A DNA stretch of 64,000 nt from a virus. The stretch's first letter is position 1, and each line of letters begins with the position of its first letter. The stretch lies in IMG/VR virus record IMGVR_UViG_3300033074_002003. One strand, written 5' to 3'. The notes beneath the pieces are model-generated. The model saw nothing but the letters and a program-made list of their open reading frames with translations, was not told the DNA's origin and made no database searches. This document shows, in pieces, positions 1 to 8,801 of this stretch. The position numbers and the translations under genes are program-made.

Positions 1-254
1 ACAAGGACGGTGACATCCCGTTCTGAGGGATATATAACGGTCTTAGGTCCCCGTGACGGTCGCCAATGCGGGGCTCGGACACCAGAGCGACGGCTGCGCA
101 CCCAGCTTGATCAGGTGCATCGCGGGAAGACGCTCAGGAAGGGCACGGGTGGTGCCGCCTGCAAGGGTCGAGCGTGTCAGGCTGGGTTCAACTCCCGGCT
201 TCCCGACAAGAGCGAGCTCGTGTAAGTGATCCCGAGAGGGGGTACTATCGAGTC

Positions 255-461
255 ATGAAGCAAATCGGATCTGTCAACGTGTCCGAGGTCCTGTGGGGTC
301 GCCTGCACGTCGCGGAGGAAGCGCGTCGACGCGACCTCGTCTTCATCAGACAGGTCACCGTTCCCAACGACACGCCCGGGAGTGACTCGAGCACGTTTGT
401 GCTCTATCACGGGTACGACGGGAAGCTCACGGTGTTCCAGGTCGACCCCAACGGTGAGTAG
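255..461 (+). CDS. Small early protein (69 aa)
   Basis: ATG at 255 preceded by gggggtactatcgagtc (TACTAT -10-like). ORF-track frame 174..461 trimmed to the promoter-proximal Met. Confidence 0.4.
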   Translation: MKQIGSVNVSEVLWGRLHVAEEARRRDLVFIRQVTVPNDTPGSDSSTFVLYHGYDGKLTVFQVDPNGE

Positions 462-596
462 GTACGGTGCCTCGCCGGGAGGCGCTCGGGCAGCTTCAGG
501 CCCGGGATGGGTGTGCCTACCTCAGTGAGACGGTGGGTCACCGCGAGGCACGAGATCGAGCGTGTAATCGAGTGAGTGGAAGGATATACTCTCATC

Positions 597-875
597 ATGA
601 GCAAAACCCTCGCAGACGAAATCGACCGGCTCGACCTCAACGCGAAGTCCATGGCCGAGATGGCGGAGCTCCTGGGATACACGGATCCCTGGGGACAGCT
701 CCAGTTCGACAACCGCGCGTACGCGAGTAACCTCATCAACTTCCTCAACGACAATCCCGACGCCTGCGCGGCGCTGGTCACGTGGGTGCTCGACCACGGG
801 TACACGCGTGAGGGGATGAGGCCGCAATCGGTCGAGGTCGAGAGCGACGAGGAAGAGGAAGAGGAGGACACGTGA
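597..875 (+). CDS. Small early protein (93 aa) with poly-acidic C-terminal tail (ESDEEEEEEDT)
   Basis: aggatatactctcatcATG cassette. ORF-track frame 576..875 trimmed to the internal Met after the promoter. Confidence 0.55.
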   Translation: MSKTLADEIDRLDLNAKSMAEMAELLGYTDPWGQLQFDNRAYASNLINFLNDNPDACAALVTWVLDHGYTREGMRPQSVEVESDEEEEEEDT

Positions 876-1082
876 AGATCACAGGTTCACTTCTCTGTGA
901 CTGTTGCAAGACGATTCAGGTGACGTGCCTGAAGAACCGGGACGCGAACGGGCAGTCGCTCTGCGACTCGTGCCTGCGCTCCCTCCGCAGCGGGTACCGT
1001 CCCGCGAAGTGGCGCTCGGAAGATCGTCAGAGCTCGTGACCCCGATCTCGATTCGAGATAGATTCATCTCAAGGAGCCAATC

Positions 1083-1295
1083 ATGAACATCGACGCCTTC
1101 TCCCCCGCCCGCGGTCACCTGTTCGTCAAGATGTCCGAGCTCGGTGCCGTCATCACCGCCCCCGGCACCCCCGAGGACGTGGCCGCACGCGAGCTCGTCG
1201 CCTTCGGTCGCGCCTACCGCATGCCCGGGAGCATCTCGTGCTACGCCCCGGAGCGTCGCATCGATCCCGCTCGCGAGAACCGCGTGACCCTCTGA
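1083..1295 (+). CDS. Small early protein (70 aa)
   Basis: ATG preceded by aaggagccaatc (SD-like) and gagatagattc (-10-like). Confidence 0.5.
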   Translation: MNIDAFSPARGHLFVKMSELGAVITAPGTPEDVAARELVAFGRAYRMPGSISCYAPERRIDPARENRVTL

Positions 1296-1299
1296 GCCC

Positions 1300-1327
1300 G
1301 GTGGGATAGAGTCTCATCATGGACAAC
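1300..1327 (+). promoter_or_regulatory. Extended -10 leaderless promoter (ggtgggatagagtctcatcATGgacaac)
   Basis: TGgGATAGAGT-type extended -10, then 7 nt, then ATG. Matches the repeated cassette. Confidence 0.6.
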
Positions 1328-1639
1328 ACCAACAAGTCAAGGCTTCAGATCTTCCTCGAGGAAACCTACGAGGGCCGCGTGATGGAGTACTCGGGCAGGG
1401 GAATGTACGGTAAGAAGTGCCTCGCGGTGAACCTCGAGTTCTCGCGTGACGAGGCCGCCCTGATCCTCGCGGCCGACATCATCGCGGCTTCCCACTCGAT
1501 CGCAGAGCGTGATTTGCACGAGATCGGTGATGCTGTGAAGAATACCCGGGTCGATAACCTCGGGAAGGGCAGCGTGTGTTACTGGCCCTGTGAGGCGTTC
1601 GTCGAGGACGAAGAGGAAGAGGATCTCGAGGACGCGTGA
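1319..1639 (+). CDS. Small early protein (106 aa), acidic C-terminus (EDEEEEDLEDA)
   Basis: Cassette promoter; starts MDNT. Confidence 0.6.
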   Translation: MDNTNKSRLQIFLEETYEGRVMEYSGRGMYGKKCLAVNLEFSRDEAALILAADIIAASHSIAERDLHEIGDAVKNTRVDNLGKGSVCYWPCEAFVEDEEEEDLEDA

Positions 1640-1653
1640 AATCGGCGGGGGAG

Positions 1654-1679
1654 GGTGGTAGAGTCTATCCATGGACAAC
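1654..1679 (+). promoter_or_regulatory. Extended -10 leaderless promoter (ggtggtagagtctatccATGgacaacaac)
   Basis: TGgTAGAGT then 8 nt then ATGGACAAC. Confidence 0.6.
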
Positions 1680-1985
1680 AACACTCCCTCCCCCATCGAA
1701 GTCGGCACGGGCGTCACCTTCCACTGCGGTAGCGACTGCTACCCCTACACGATCGTCGAGGTGAAGTCGCCCCGAAAGATCATCGTCCAGAGTGACAACT
1801 GGAAGCGGACGGACAAGAACGGGATCTCCGAGGACCAGACATACGAGTACATGCCCAACCCGAACGGCGAGCGGCGTGTCATCACCCTCCGGAAGAACGG
1901 GCGGTGGTGCGAGGTCGGGTCGAACGCCAGCTCGTGTCCCTACACTGTGGGCCACCGGCGGATGTACAGCGACCCCTGCAAGTAG
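1671..1985 (+). CDS. Small early protein (104 aa)
   Basis: Cassette promoter; starts MDNN. Confidence 0.6.
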   Translation: MDNNTPSPIEVGTGVTFHCGSDCYPYTIVEVKSPRKIIVQSDNWKRTDKNGISEDQTYEYMPNPNGERRVITLRKNGRWCEVGSNASSCPYTVGHRRMYSDPCK

Positions 1986-2024
1986 GCGCGTGACTCCGAT
2001 CACCGAGAAGGGTATAGTTCGATC

Positions 2025-2231
2025 ATGGACAACATCAACATCGGTGATCGCGTGACGCAGGCCCGTGCAATGGAGGGCATGCGCGAGAGTCAGAAGTACG
2101 TGGGCCTGCGCGGTGTGGTCCAGGAGATCTTCGTTGACGAGCGTGGCAACACCCACGCGTTCGTGAAGTGCGACCCTGGACAGTGGCTCGTGGAGTTCTG
2201 GGCGCCCGCCCACCTCTTCGACCGCGAATAG
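2025..2231 (+). CDS. Small early protein (68 aa), KOW/SH3-like (IGDRV...GVV)
   Basis: Cassette promoter gggtatagttcgatcATG. Followed by hairpin 2276-2305. Confidence 0.6.
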   Translation: MDNINIGDRVTQARAMEGMRESQKYVGLRGVVQEIFVDERGNTHAFVKCDPGQWLVEFWAPAHLFDRE

Positions 2232-2370
2232 TGCCTCGCGGGTGACCCGAGAGGGTCCCGGACATCGCGGGCAGGGTGTGACCCATTGGGTGAGGTGGGT
2301 CACACTCGGGTGGACGTCGGGGTCGAGTGCGTGAGTGTAGGTGAGTGAGAGGGATGGTATAGTCTTCATC

Positions 2371-2667
2371 ATGGACAAGGACATCTCTCTCTCCACCCTC
2401 GCCTCGGCTATCCTCTATGCACTTAACAACGTGCAACAGGAGGGCACCGGCTCCACACGCTTCCCGTCCTCCGAAGCCTACACCGAGTTCGACAACACCA
2501 TCGAGAGCTACGACCTCCGCCCACAGGTTAACGGTGATGGCACCGTCGACATCAACTTCTACCGCGAGGTGAACGACCTCCGCACGTGCAAAGACGGCGA
2601 TGTCTTCCGTAAGGTCTGGTGTGTCACCATGACCATGAAGGTCATCGAGGACAAGTTCGAGGAGTGA
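2371..2667 (+). CDS. Small early protein (98 aa)
   Basis: Cassette ggtatagtcttcatcATGgacaag. Trimmed from ORF 2341..2667. Confidence 0.55.
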   Translation: MDKDISLSTLASAILYALNNVQQEGTGSTRFPSSEAYTEFDNTIESYDLRPQVNGDGTVDINFYREVNDLRTCKDGDVFRKVWCVTMTMKVIEDKFEE

Positions 2668-2718
2668 CACGGGCGTGAGCGCGTGCTGGCCCGTGATCGA
2701 GATGTTATAGTCTCGATC

Positions 2719-2934
2719 ATGGACCGGCACACCAAAGACCAAATCGACAACTTCGCGTGGGACTGTGTCGTCGGCTCTGGGATGGGTCCCGAGTGGGCCG
2801 AGCTCGGTGTCGAGCCCGACCGTGACGTGCTACGTGCGCTGTCAGGCCTCCTCGGGCACCGGCTCACGGGTGAGGAACACAGCGCGTTCGTCGACGCGTG
2901 GAACAAGTGTCTCCAGGAGTGTGCCCACCCGTGA
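2719..2934 (+). CDS. Small early protein (71 aa)
   Basis: Cassette gatgttatagtctcgatcATGgaccgg. Trimmed from ORF 2683..2934. Confidence 0.55.
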   Translation: MDRHTKDQIDNFAWDCVVGSGMGPEWAELGVEPDRDVLRALSGLLGHRLTGEEHSAFVDAWNKCLQECAHP

Positions 2935-2965
2935 TAGGATGCGGGTGATGTGGTAGAGTTCGATC

Positions 2966-3355
2966 ATGGTGTGCTACCCGACGATCAGGTGCAACTGCGC
3001 AGAGCCGTTCTTGTACACACCCATCGGGTGGGACGCGGGTGACTACGTCTACATGCCGATGTGGAGCACTGTGATCGCCGCCCGCGCCCACCTGCGTCGA
3101 GACAGTATCATGACGCGTTGGGAGGCCACACGTGACGAGTTTCTCTGTCGCATCCCGAAAGGAGCGGCGCTGAGAGCACGCGATCTCTTCCCCGACGCAA
3201 AGGAGTTCTACACCATCCCCCGCGATCTCGGGACGATGGCTGAGGTGACACAGGCGGGTGCACTGCTTCGACTCATCGAGGCTCGCGACCCGTATATCAC
3301 GTGGGCAATTGCACACCTCGACGGGCGCGTACTCGTGCAAAACGTGAGAGGGTAG
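2966..3355 (+). CDS. Small early protein (129 aa)
   Basis: Cassette gtggtagagttcgatcATG. Confidence 0.55.
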   Translation: MVCYPTIRCNCAEPFLYTPIGWDAGDYVYMPMWSTVIAARAHLRRDSIMTRWEATRDEFLCRIPKGAALRARDLFPDAKEFYTIPRDLGTMAEVTQAGALLRLIEARDPYITWAIAHLDGRVLVQNVRG

Positions 3356-3396
3356 TTCCCGTGTAACGATGTGTGGGTGATGATATAGTCTCGATC

Positions 3397-3696
3397 ATGG
3401 ACAACAACCCCAAGTTCAAGTTCACCAGCAACCCCCACGCTTCGCTCAATGGCACGTCGTTCCACAACATCGAGCTACGTGCACCCATCGAGCGCCTCGT
3501 CGAGCTCTTCGGGGAACCCATCACGGGCTGCGACTCGAAGACCAAACACGAGTGGATCCTCGAGGGGTCCGACGGGTCAGTCGTCTCGCTCTACGACTAC
3601 AAATACGACGGCGCCCGTGAGGGGTACTGGCACGTGGGTGGGCGCACCGTTGGCGCGTGCAGGACCTTCGTTCTCTGGTTCTGCGACCAGGGATGA
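3397..3696 (+). CDS. Small early protein (99 aa)
   Basis: Cassette gatgatatagtctcgatcATGgacaacaac. Trimmed from ORF 3373..3696. Confidence 0.55.
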   Translation: MDNNPKFKFTSNPHASLNGTSFHNIELRAPIERLVELFGEPITGCDSKTKHEWILEGSDGSVVSLYDYKYDGAREGYWHVGGRTVGACRTFVLWFCDQG

Positions 3697-3738
3697 GAAT
3701 CTCGTGTTGATCCATGGGTAGGGTGTTATACTCTACCC

Positions 3739-4215
3739 ATGGACCCCACATACATCGACCGAGCGTACGTGTACGCACTGGACACGTGCTCGCAGGCGCT
3801 CGACCTCCTCACGGCGCACTGCTGGCACAGCATCGAACCCGACCAGCGGTGGTGGCTCGATGTGAAAGCGGGTGCTCTTCCCCCGTGGGCCAACGAAGAA
3901 GACGCCCGCTTCCGCGAGCGGTTGGAGATGTGGACGTGCGGCTTCTGTGAAGAGCTCGAGCACGGTACGTGCTTCTCGCTCGAGAGACAGTTCGCGAGCA
4001 TCGTTCGGTGTGCTGCCAGCATGGCAGACGAGAACAGGCACCTGATGCACAAGATGGCGAACGAGCTGATCGCCAGGTGCCACGCTCGGTTCGCCTGGGT
4101 GAAGAACGTGCTCGTCCCACGCGACAGGTTCGCCGGGACAGGACTCACCGAGGTGGCACAGATGAAGTCGCTGCGCCTCCAACTCGAGGGACCCGTGTCT
4201 CCCGAGAGAGAGTGA
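3739..4215 (+). CDS. Early protein (158 aa)
   Basis: Cassette gtgttatactctacccATGgacccc. Confidence 0.55.
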   Translation: MDPTYIDRAYVYALDTCSQALDLLTAHCWHSIEPDQRWWLDVKAGALPPWANEEDARFRERLEMWTCGFCEELEHGTCFSLERQFASIVRCAASMADENRHLMHKMANELIARCHARFAWVKNVLVPRDRFAGTGLTEVAQMKSLRLQLEGPVSPERE

Positions 4216-4239
4216 GATATAGTCTCGATCATGGACAAC
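4210..4239 (+). promoter_or_regulatory. Extended -10 leaderless promoter (gagtgagatatagtctcgatcATGgacaac)
   Basis: TGaGATATAGT then 7 nt then ATGGACAAC. Near-consensus copy. Confidence 0.6.
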
Positions 4240-4506
4240 ATTCCTGCCTCAGCCCGTCGCCCCATCGTCCGCATCATCGACGCGCTGACGAACGCAGAGT
4301 GCAAAATCACGTGCACGAGCGCGGAAGAGCTCGAGCTCGCCGCGAAGCTTCTAACGTCTGCTGGATGTATCCAGCACGAGCGCCGACTCCTGAACATCAT
4401 GCAGATGCTCAACATCGTGTCTGCCGAGATGAACGACATCCGTGAACAGCTCGTCGGCATCGCCCGTGCGGAGGCGAAGATGAAGGCCCGTCCCGAGGGC
4501 GCGTGA
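4231..4506 (+). CDS. Small early protein (91 aa)
   Basis: Consensus cassette; starts MDNI. Confidence 0.6.
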   Translation: MDNIPASARRPIVRIIDALTNAECKITCTSAEELELAAKLLTSAGCIQHERRLLNIMQMLNIVSAEMNDIREQLVGIARAEAKMKARPEGA

Positions 4507-4538
4507 CCCCGACTCGCGGGTGAGATAGAGTCTACTTC

Positions 4539-4904
4539 ATGGACAACATCATCGCCCTCGCGGAAAAGATCGTCAAGGCCATCCCGGGACTCCGGGACGA
4601 GACACAGGAGTTCTCGTGTGAGGACAACATTTCGTCGTTCGACGGGTTCTCTGTTTCGGAGAATCGGGACGACGAGTGGGACGTGTACCTCACTTACACT
4701 TCACCGTACGCGAAGGTCGAAGGGGCCCTCGAGGTGACCCTCGGCGAACCACACGAGTCGCACTGTCGTGGTGGGGACGACGCCTCTGACGTCTGGAAGA
4801 TCGACGGTGTCACGATCGTCCACTGTCGCGGGCGAATCGAACTCCACGGTGAGTTCGTGAAGGTCCCGAAGAGGGCCAAGAAGAAGTCCATGAAGAAGAA
4901 GTGA
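4539..4904 (+). CDS. Small early protein (121 aa), Lys-rich C-terminus (KRAKKKSMKKK)
   Basis: Cassette gtgagatagagtctacttcATGgacaac. Confidence 0.6.
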   Translation: MDNIIALAEKIVKAIPGLRDETQEFSCEDNISSFDGFSVSENRDDEWDVYLTYTSPYAKVEGALEVTLGEPHESHCRGGDDASDVWKIDGVTIVHCRGRIELHGEFVKVPKRAKKKSMKKK

Positions 4905-4945
4905 ACCCGCGTGTCGGTCTGTGGGTAGGGTGATACATTCTACCC

Positions 4946-5194
4946 ATGGACAACACCAAGACCGCCAAGTCGATCGCCTCTGTTGACGCGCAGCTCTCGA
5001 TGGCCGCCGATGCACTCTGTGATGCCCTCGAGACCCAGAACGACTTCGCCGACAACATCGAGGCCCTTCAGGACGTTACACCGTCCCAGTGGGCTGGGCA
5101 GGTTGCACGTGCGCAGGCCGAGCTCCGCGAGCGTGTCACGAAGCTGTACGAGGAGATGAACGACAAGCTCCTCGGTGGCGAGTTCGCCCAGTAA
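4946..5194 (+). CDS. Small early protein (82 aa)
   Basis: Cassette ggtgatacattctacccATGgacaac. Followed by the 91-nt structured element. Confidence 0.6.
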   Translation: MDNTKTAKSIASVDAQLSMAADALCDALETQNDFADNIEALQDVTPSQWAGQVARAQAELRERVTKLYEEMNDKLLGGEFAQ

Positions 5195-5348
5195 CTGATT
5201 CAGGAGGCACCTCACCCGTGCCTCGCAGTGACCCACGGAACAACTCTGTCCAGGTCGACAGGTAATTCCACCTTCGGCGTTCCGTGGGTCACTGCGAGGC
5301 ACGGGGATCGCGAGTGCAATGGCGTGTGCGTGAGGGTATACTCTACCC

Positions 5349-5678
5349 ATGGCCACACACCACTACTCCCAACTTCGTCCCTCCTCTCGTAAGATGATCC
5401 AGACCACCCTCTCAGAGAAGGGTGTTCCAACCAACTCAGATGGTGCACTCGACCGGACGGACTCGGATGCGTACAGTCACGCATTCTACATCATGGAGAA
5501 GTGTCCGAAGGGTCACAAGATCCTCGAGATCCGAAACGGGTCAGATGACGTATCGTTCTGGTACTACAAGACCGAAAAGGAGCTCGTGCACAAGTTCACC
5601 AGTGCACAGCACCACAACCAGTACGAGGGTGATGACGAGGACGGGGATTTCGAGGAGGAAGAGGGTGACGAGGACTGA
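5349..5678 (+). CDS. Small early protein (109 aa), acidic tail (DDEDGDFEEEEGDED)
   Basis: Cassette gagggtatactctacccATGgcc. Confidence 0.6.
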   Translation: MATHHYSQLRPSSRKMIQTTLSEKGVPTNSDGALDRTDSDAYSHAFYIMEKCPKGHKILEIRNGSDDVSFWYYKTEKELVHKFTSAQHHNQYEGDDEDGDFEEEEGDED

Positions 5679-5721
5679 GAAGTCTGTGTAGGTGGTGGTG
5701 AGGGGTGATATAGTCTTGATC

Positions 5722-6009
5722 ATGGACACACCCCTCAACATCGCCATCGAGAAGCTCAAGGCCAAGGTCGCGACCCTCGAGTTGCTCAAACCCTTCCCGG
5801 GTGCATACGACGAACTCCTCGACCACATCGAGGTCACCTGGGGACCCATGTTGGAGGACGAGGGTGACATGGCGGAGGACTTCGTCTTCGAGCTGGGTCT
5901 CGACGTGACGGACGGCATCCTACAGTTCGAGATCGAGATGGACCACTCGTGGTGGTGTTGGGACCCTATCACGAAGACTTGGTTCAATCCCGAAGATGCG
6001 AGGGTCTGA
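5722..6009 (+). CDS. Small early protein (95 aa)
   Basis: Cassette ggtgatatagtcttgatcATGgacaca. Trimmed from ORF 5692..6009. Confidence 0.55.
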   Translation: MDTPLNIAIEKLKAKVATLELLKPFPGAYDELLDHIEVTWGPMLEDEGDMAEDFVFELGLDVTDGILQFEIEMDHSWWCWDPITKTWFNPEDARV

Positions 6010-6225
6010 GAGGTACGCGTGACACGCACCGGACAGGATGGTAATGTTCTGTCCGGTGCACGACACCGAAGATTCGGGGACAGCACTCGGCGTGCAGAGA
6101 CCCGCTGGCGCCTGCGTAAGTCAACCGCGATTTTGGATTCAGCTCCATCATTCAAGGCACTCGCAGGATGGGGTCTCCCGGGAGGTTCGAATCCTCCTGT
6201 CTCCACCCGTGTATGACTGCTGACT
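6010..6225 (+). ncRNA. Promoter-less structured non-coding gap: 10-bp hairpin (6027-6058) plus tRNA-like 3' module (T-arm GGAGG-TTCGAAT-CCTCC, acceptor TGTCTCC, ACC at 6181-6207)
   Basis: This is the only >200 bp interval in the early array without a promoter cassette. It carries a canonical T-loop TTCGAAT and an ACC end. GGGGACA at 6076 is a possible 5' acceptor partner (7 bp with one G.U), which would give a 132-nt element. Confidence 0.35.
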
Positions 6226-6243
6226 GTGAGGTATACTCTACCC

Positions 6244-6480
6244 ATGGACAACAACATCTCTAAGTGGAAGATCCCTTCGTGGATGATCGCTGGCGTGCGG
6301 TGTAAGGTCGTCCGTGGGCGAAAGGTGAAGATTGGTGAAGTTGGAACTATCATCGACACCTTCACCACGGGGAACGGACACAAAGCGCGTGTCCATTTGG
6401 ATTCGACGGGTCCCATCCAGCGCGTGAACCCGCAGCTGTCCTACACGCGTATCGCAGTCCAGAACCTAGAACCTATCTAA
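6244..6480 (+). CDS. Small early protein (78 aa), KOW-like
   Basis: Cassette gaggtatactctacccATGgacaacaac. Confidence 0.6.
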   Translation: MDNNISKWKIPSWMIAGVRCKVVRGRKVKIGEVGTIIDTFTTGNGHKARVHLDSTGPIQRVNPQLSYTRIAVQNLEPI

Positions 6481-6513
6481 CACTTCACTGAACGCGTGAA
6501 TGGCCGTGGGTGG

Positions 6514-6539
6514 GGTGATATACTCTATCCATGGACAAC
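6514..6539 (+). promoter_or_regulatory. Extended -10 leaderless promoter (ggtgatatactctatccATGgacaacacc)
   Basis: TGaTATACT then 8 nt then ATGGACAAC. Confidence 0.6.
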
Positions 6540-6770
6540 ACCTGCCCCGAACTTCCGCGAAGTCCCGCTATGCCCCCATGGCTCGACGGCCTCTGTGCCA
6601 TCTGGCTCGAGTGGGATGAGGGCGTCGGACACTGCCGGGACCTCGAGCTCGAGGAGCTCTGTGCGTGCCTCGACGCCGACTGGTCGATCGACTGTGGTGA
6701 GTTCTCGGGCCACCGGCAGTGGGACGACGTGATGTCACGGTGCTCGGATCGGATCGCCTACACGAGCTGA
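6531..6770 (+). CDS. Small early protein (79 aa), Cys-rich
   Basis: Cassette promoter; starts MDNT. Confidence 0.55.
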   Translation: MDNTCPELPRSPAMPPWLDGLCAIWLEWDEGVGHCRDLELEELCACLDADWSIDCGEFSGHRQWDDVMSRCSDRIAYTS

Positions 6771-6811
6771 GGGCACGTGATGGTCTGTGGCCAGTGAGGT
6801 ATCATCTATCC

Positions 6812-7135
6812 ATGGACCAAATCGCCATCGACTCAAACTACGCCATCCTCGCGAAGGAAGTGGTCGCCAAGGAGTTTCCCGCGGCAGTCACCGCCATCGC
6901 CAACCACGGCAACTGCGAGGGATGCAACCTCTTTGACGCGGGTGAGGTCTTCTACCTCTTCACCAACCCGGGAGGCGGCAAGGACCTTCACGTCGTCGTC
7001 GACCAGGACGCCGAGGTCTACAGCTGGGACGGTGACAGCTGGAATGAGTTGGAAAACTGGATGGCTGATGGCGAGACACGGTCGTGGCTTCGCCGCCACG
7101 CCAAGAAGCACGGGTTGGTCTACACCCAAGAGTAG
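6812..7135 (+). CDS. Small early protein (107 aa)
   Basis: Cassette gaggtatcatctatccATGgaccaaatc. Trimmed from ORF 6719..7135. Confidence 0.55.
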   Translation: MDQIAIDSNYAILAKEVVAKEFPAAVTAIANHGNCEGCNLFDAGEVFYLFTNPGGGKDLHVVVDQDAEVYSWDGDSWNELENWMADGETRSWLRRHAKKHGLVYTQE

Positions 7136-7193
7136 GTCTGGGTCGCGGGTCCCATCTCGTGTATGGATGGGACCCGCGTGGTAGAGTTTACCC

Positions 7194-7442
7194 ATGGACC
7201 AAATCTACAAGCTCGCACGCAAGATCGCCCGTTGCCTCTACAGCGACTCGCACGTGCCCGTTGCGGAGTCGCTCCCCAAGATCTCCGCTGGACTCGAGAG
7301 CGACATGTCGGTGCCAGGCTCGCGCCTCCCTGACGACGGTGAGGTCGAGTTCCTCGTGTACGGGGGCGATGAGGGTTCGACCCCCGAGGAGGTGATGGCA
7401 AAGTGGCCGAAGACCTACGAAGCCATCGGGTCGTTCTTCTGA
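7194..7442 (+). CDS. Small early protein (82 aa)
   Basis: Cassette ggtagagtttacccATGgaccaaatc. Confidence 0.55.
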   Translation: MDQIYKLARKIARCLYSDSHVPVAESLPKISAGLESDMSVPGSRLPDDGEVEFLVYGGDEGSTPEEVMAKWPKTYEAIGSFF

Positions 7443-7481
7443 GCGCGTGAATGCAGGTGGGCTTCGTGGTAGAGTCTTCTC

Positions 7482-7967
7482 ATGGCAAAGAAGACCACGA
7501 AGCCCAAGGCTCCCAAGTTCCTAGCGGGCGACCGCGTGAAACTCCTCCCGTTCGAGGGCCAACCCGAGGAGTTGGGTGTCGTCATCGAGTACGAGGGAAA
7601 CAACTTGTACTGTGTTAGCGTCGACCGTCGCTTCCGCACGAAGGAAGACGATGGCCTCAGAGAGGTCGACGGTGACCAGCTCGAGGCTTCTTCCGAGCCG
7701 CTCGAGCCCGTCAAAACCAAGATCACGACCCTCTTCCGCATCTCTGCGCGGGCCGCACAGAAGCTCTTCAAGAAGGAATTCAAAGAAGCGATGGTCGATC
7801 TCGACGACGTCGATCCGCGTGACATCGACTGGTTCATCGACTCGAAGGGAAACCTCTGGACGAACGACGCCCTCGACGACCACGGGTACACGTTCTTCAA
7901 CCTCGCGACGCCGACTTTGTCGTTCGACCGTTCGGAGGTCAAGGTCCTCGACGACCTCAACGACTAA
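7482..7967 (+). CDS. Early protein (161 aa), Lys-rich N-terminus, KOW-like AGDRVKLL
   Basis: Cassette ggtagagtcttctcATG. Confidence 0.6.
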   Translation: MAKKTTKPKAPKFLAGDRVKLLPFEGQPEELGVVIEYEGNNLYCVSVDRRFRTKEDDGLREVDGDQLEASSEPLEPVKTKITTLFRISARAAQKLFKKEFKEAMVDLDDVDPRDIDWFIDSKGNLWTNDALDDHGYTFFNLATPTLSFDRSEVKVLDDLND

Positions 7968-8007
7968 GCGCGTGAACCCGAGCGGGTGAGGGTGTAGAGT
8001 CTACTTC

Positions 8008-8268
8008 ATGGACACCACACTCACCGTTGCCATCGCCAAGTTCCCCTCGACCTTCGGCCTGCGCGCCTTCCCGGGCGACACGTTCCGCGTGAGCCCCTCG
8101 GCCTCGTACATGACCGACGCGTACCGCTGGGACCGTGAGACGAACACGACAGTGCGGGTCACCCCCGTCCCGATGCTCTACACCGAGCGCCTCTGCGAGG
8201 ACGGTGTGTGGCGCGACTTCGCGAAGGGGACCACCGAGGAGCTCCTCCAGAACGTCGTGAAGCTCTGA
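8008..8268 (+). CDS. Small early protein (86 aa)
   Basis: Cassette gtgtagagtctacttcATGgacacc. Confidence 0.55.
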   Translation: MDTTLTVAIAKFPSTFGLRAFPGDTFRVSPSASYMTDAYRWDRETNTTVRVTPVPMLYTERLCEDGVWRDFAKGTTEELLQNVVKL

Positions 8269-8291
8269 TCTCAGGGAGGTAGAGTCTCACT

Positions 8292-8579
8292 ATGGTCCAC
8301 ATCTTCTACCGTACCCTCGACGCCATCTCAGAGGCCCCTGTCGCCCTCACGGTGCCGACTGACGGGCTTCGAAAAGAAGACTACGAGCTTGTTCACGTGC
8401 TCGATAACTCGGCTCCGCACCTCGAGGCGATCTACCGGATGATGAACGTCATCTCGGGGAACGAGCTCCCTGTGCGGCTCGGCATCCGAACTATGACCGT
8501 GGGTGACGTCATTGTCGACGAGGACGGGACCGTGTGGTTTGCGGGCGCGTCTGACTGGGAAGAGACGAGCTGGTTCTGA
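8292..8579 (+). CDS. Small early protein (95 aa)
   Basis: Cassette gaggtagagtctcactATG. Followed by conserved terminator hairpin 8587-8625. Confidence 0.5.
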   Translation: MVHIFYRTLDAISEAPVALTVPTDGLRKEDYELVHVLDNSAPHLEAIYRMMNVISGNELPVRLGIRTMTVGDVIVDEDGTVWFAGASDWEETSWF

Positions 8580-8586
8580 CCTCGCC

Positions 8587-8625
8587 GTGACCCGCTCGGG
8601 CCCCCACGGGCCCGAGATGGGTTCC
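8587..8625 (+). terminator. Conserved GC hairpin gtgacccgCTCGGGCCCccacGGGCCCGAGatgggttcc (copy 1)
   Basis: 9-bp stem with 4-nt loop, 8 nt after the stop at 8579. 36/39 nt identical to the copy at 9588-9626. Confidence 0.55.
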
Positions 8626-8801
8626 CATACCACCCACACGTCCCGAGTGACCCCAGCCTCCCAGAAGGGATACAACTCACCTCATGGAACTCATCTACCT
8701 CGCGGTCGGTCTCGTCGTGGTCGCCCTCCCGGGCGCGGTCATCTCCCTCGCCGCCTTCGGCCTCGAGTGACAGTGTGGGCGGGAGAGGATAGGATCTGAA
8801 C

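Noticed and set aside
6181-6207. tRNA 3' fragment as attP of an integrated prophage
   Set aside because: No integrase, excisionase or repressor in 64 kb, and the context is a lytic-style early array. Kept only as an alternative explanation in the findings.
6019-6216. 65-aa ORF (and the overlapping 61-aa ORF) in the 6010-6225 gap
   Set aside because: No promoter cassette, SD or start context, unlike every other gene in the array. The region is dominated by stable hairpins and a tRNA-like module, so it is more likely non-coding.
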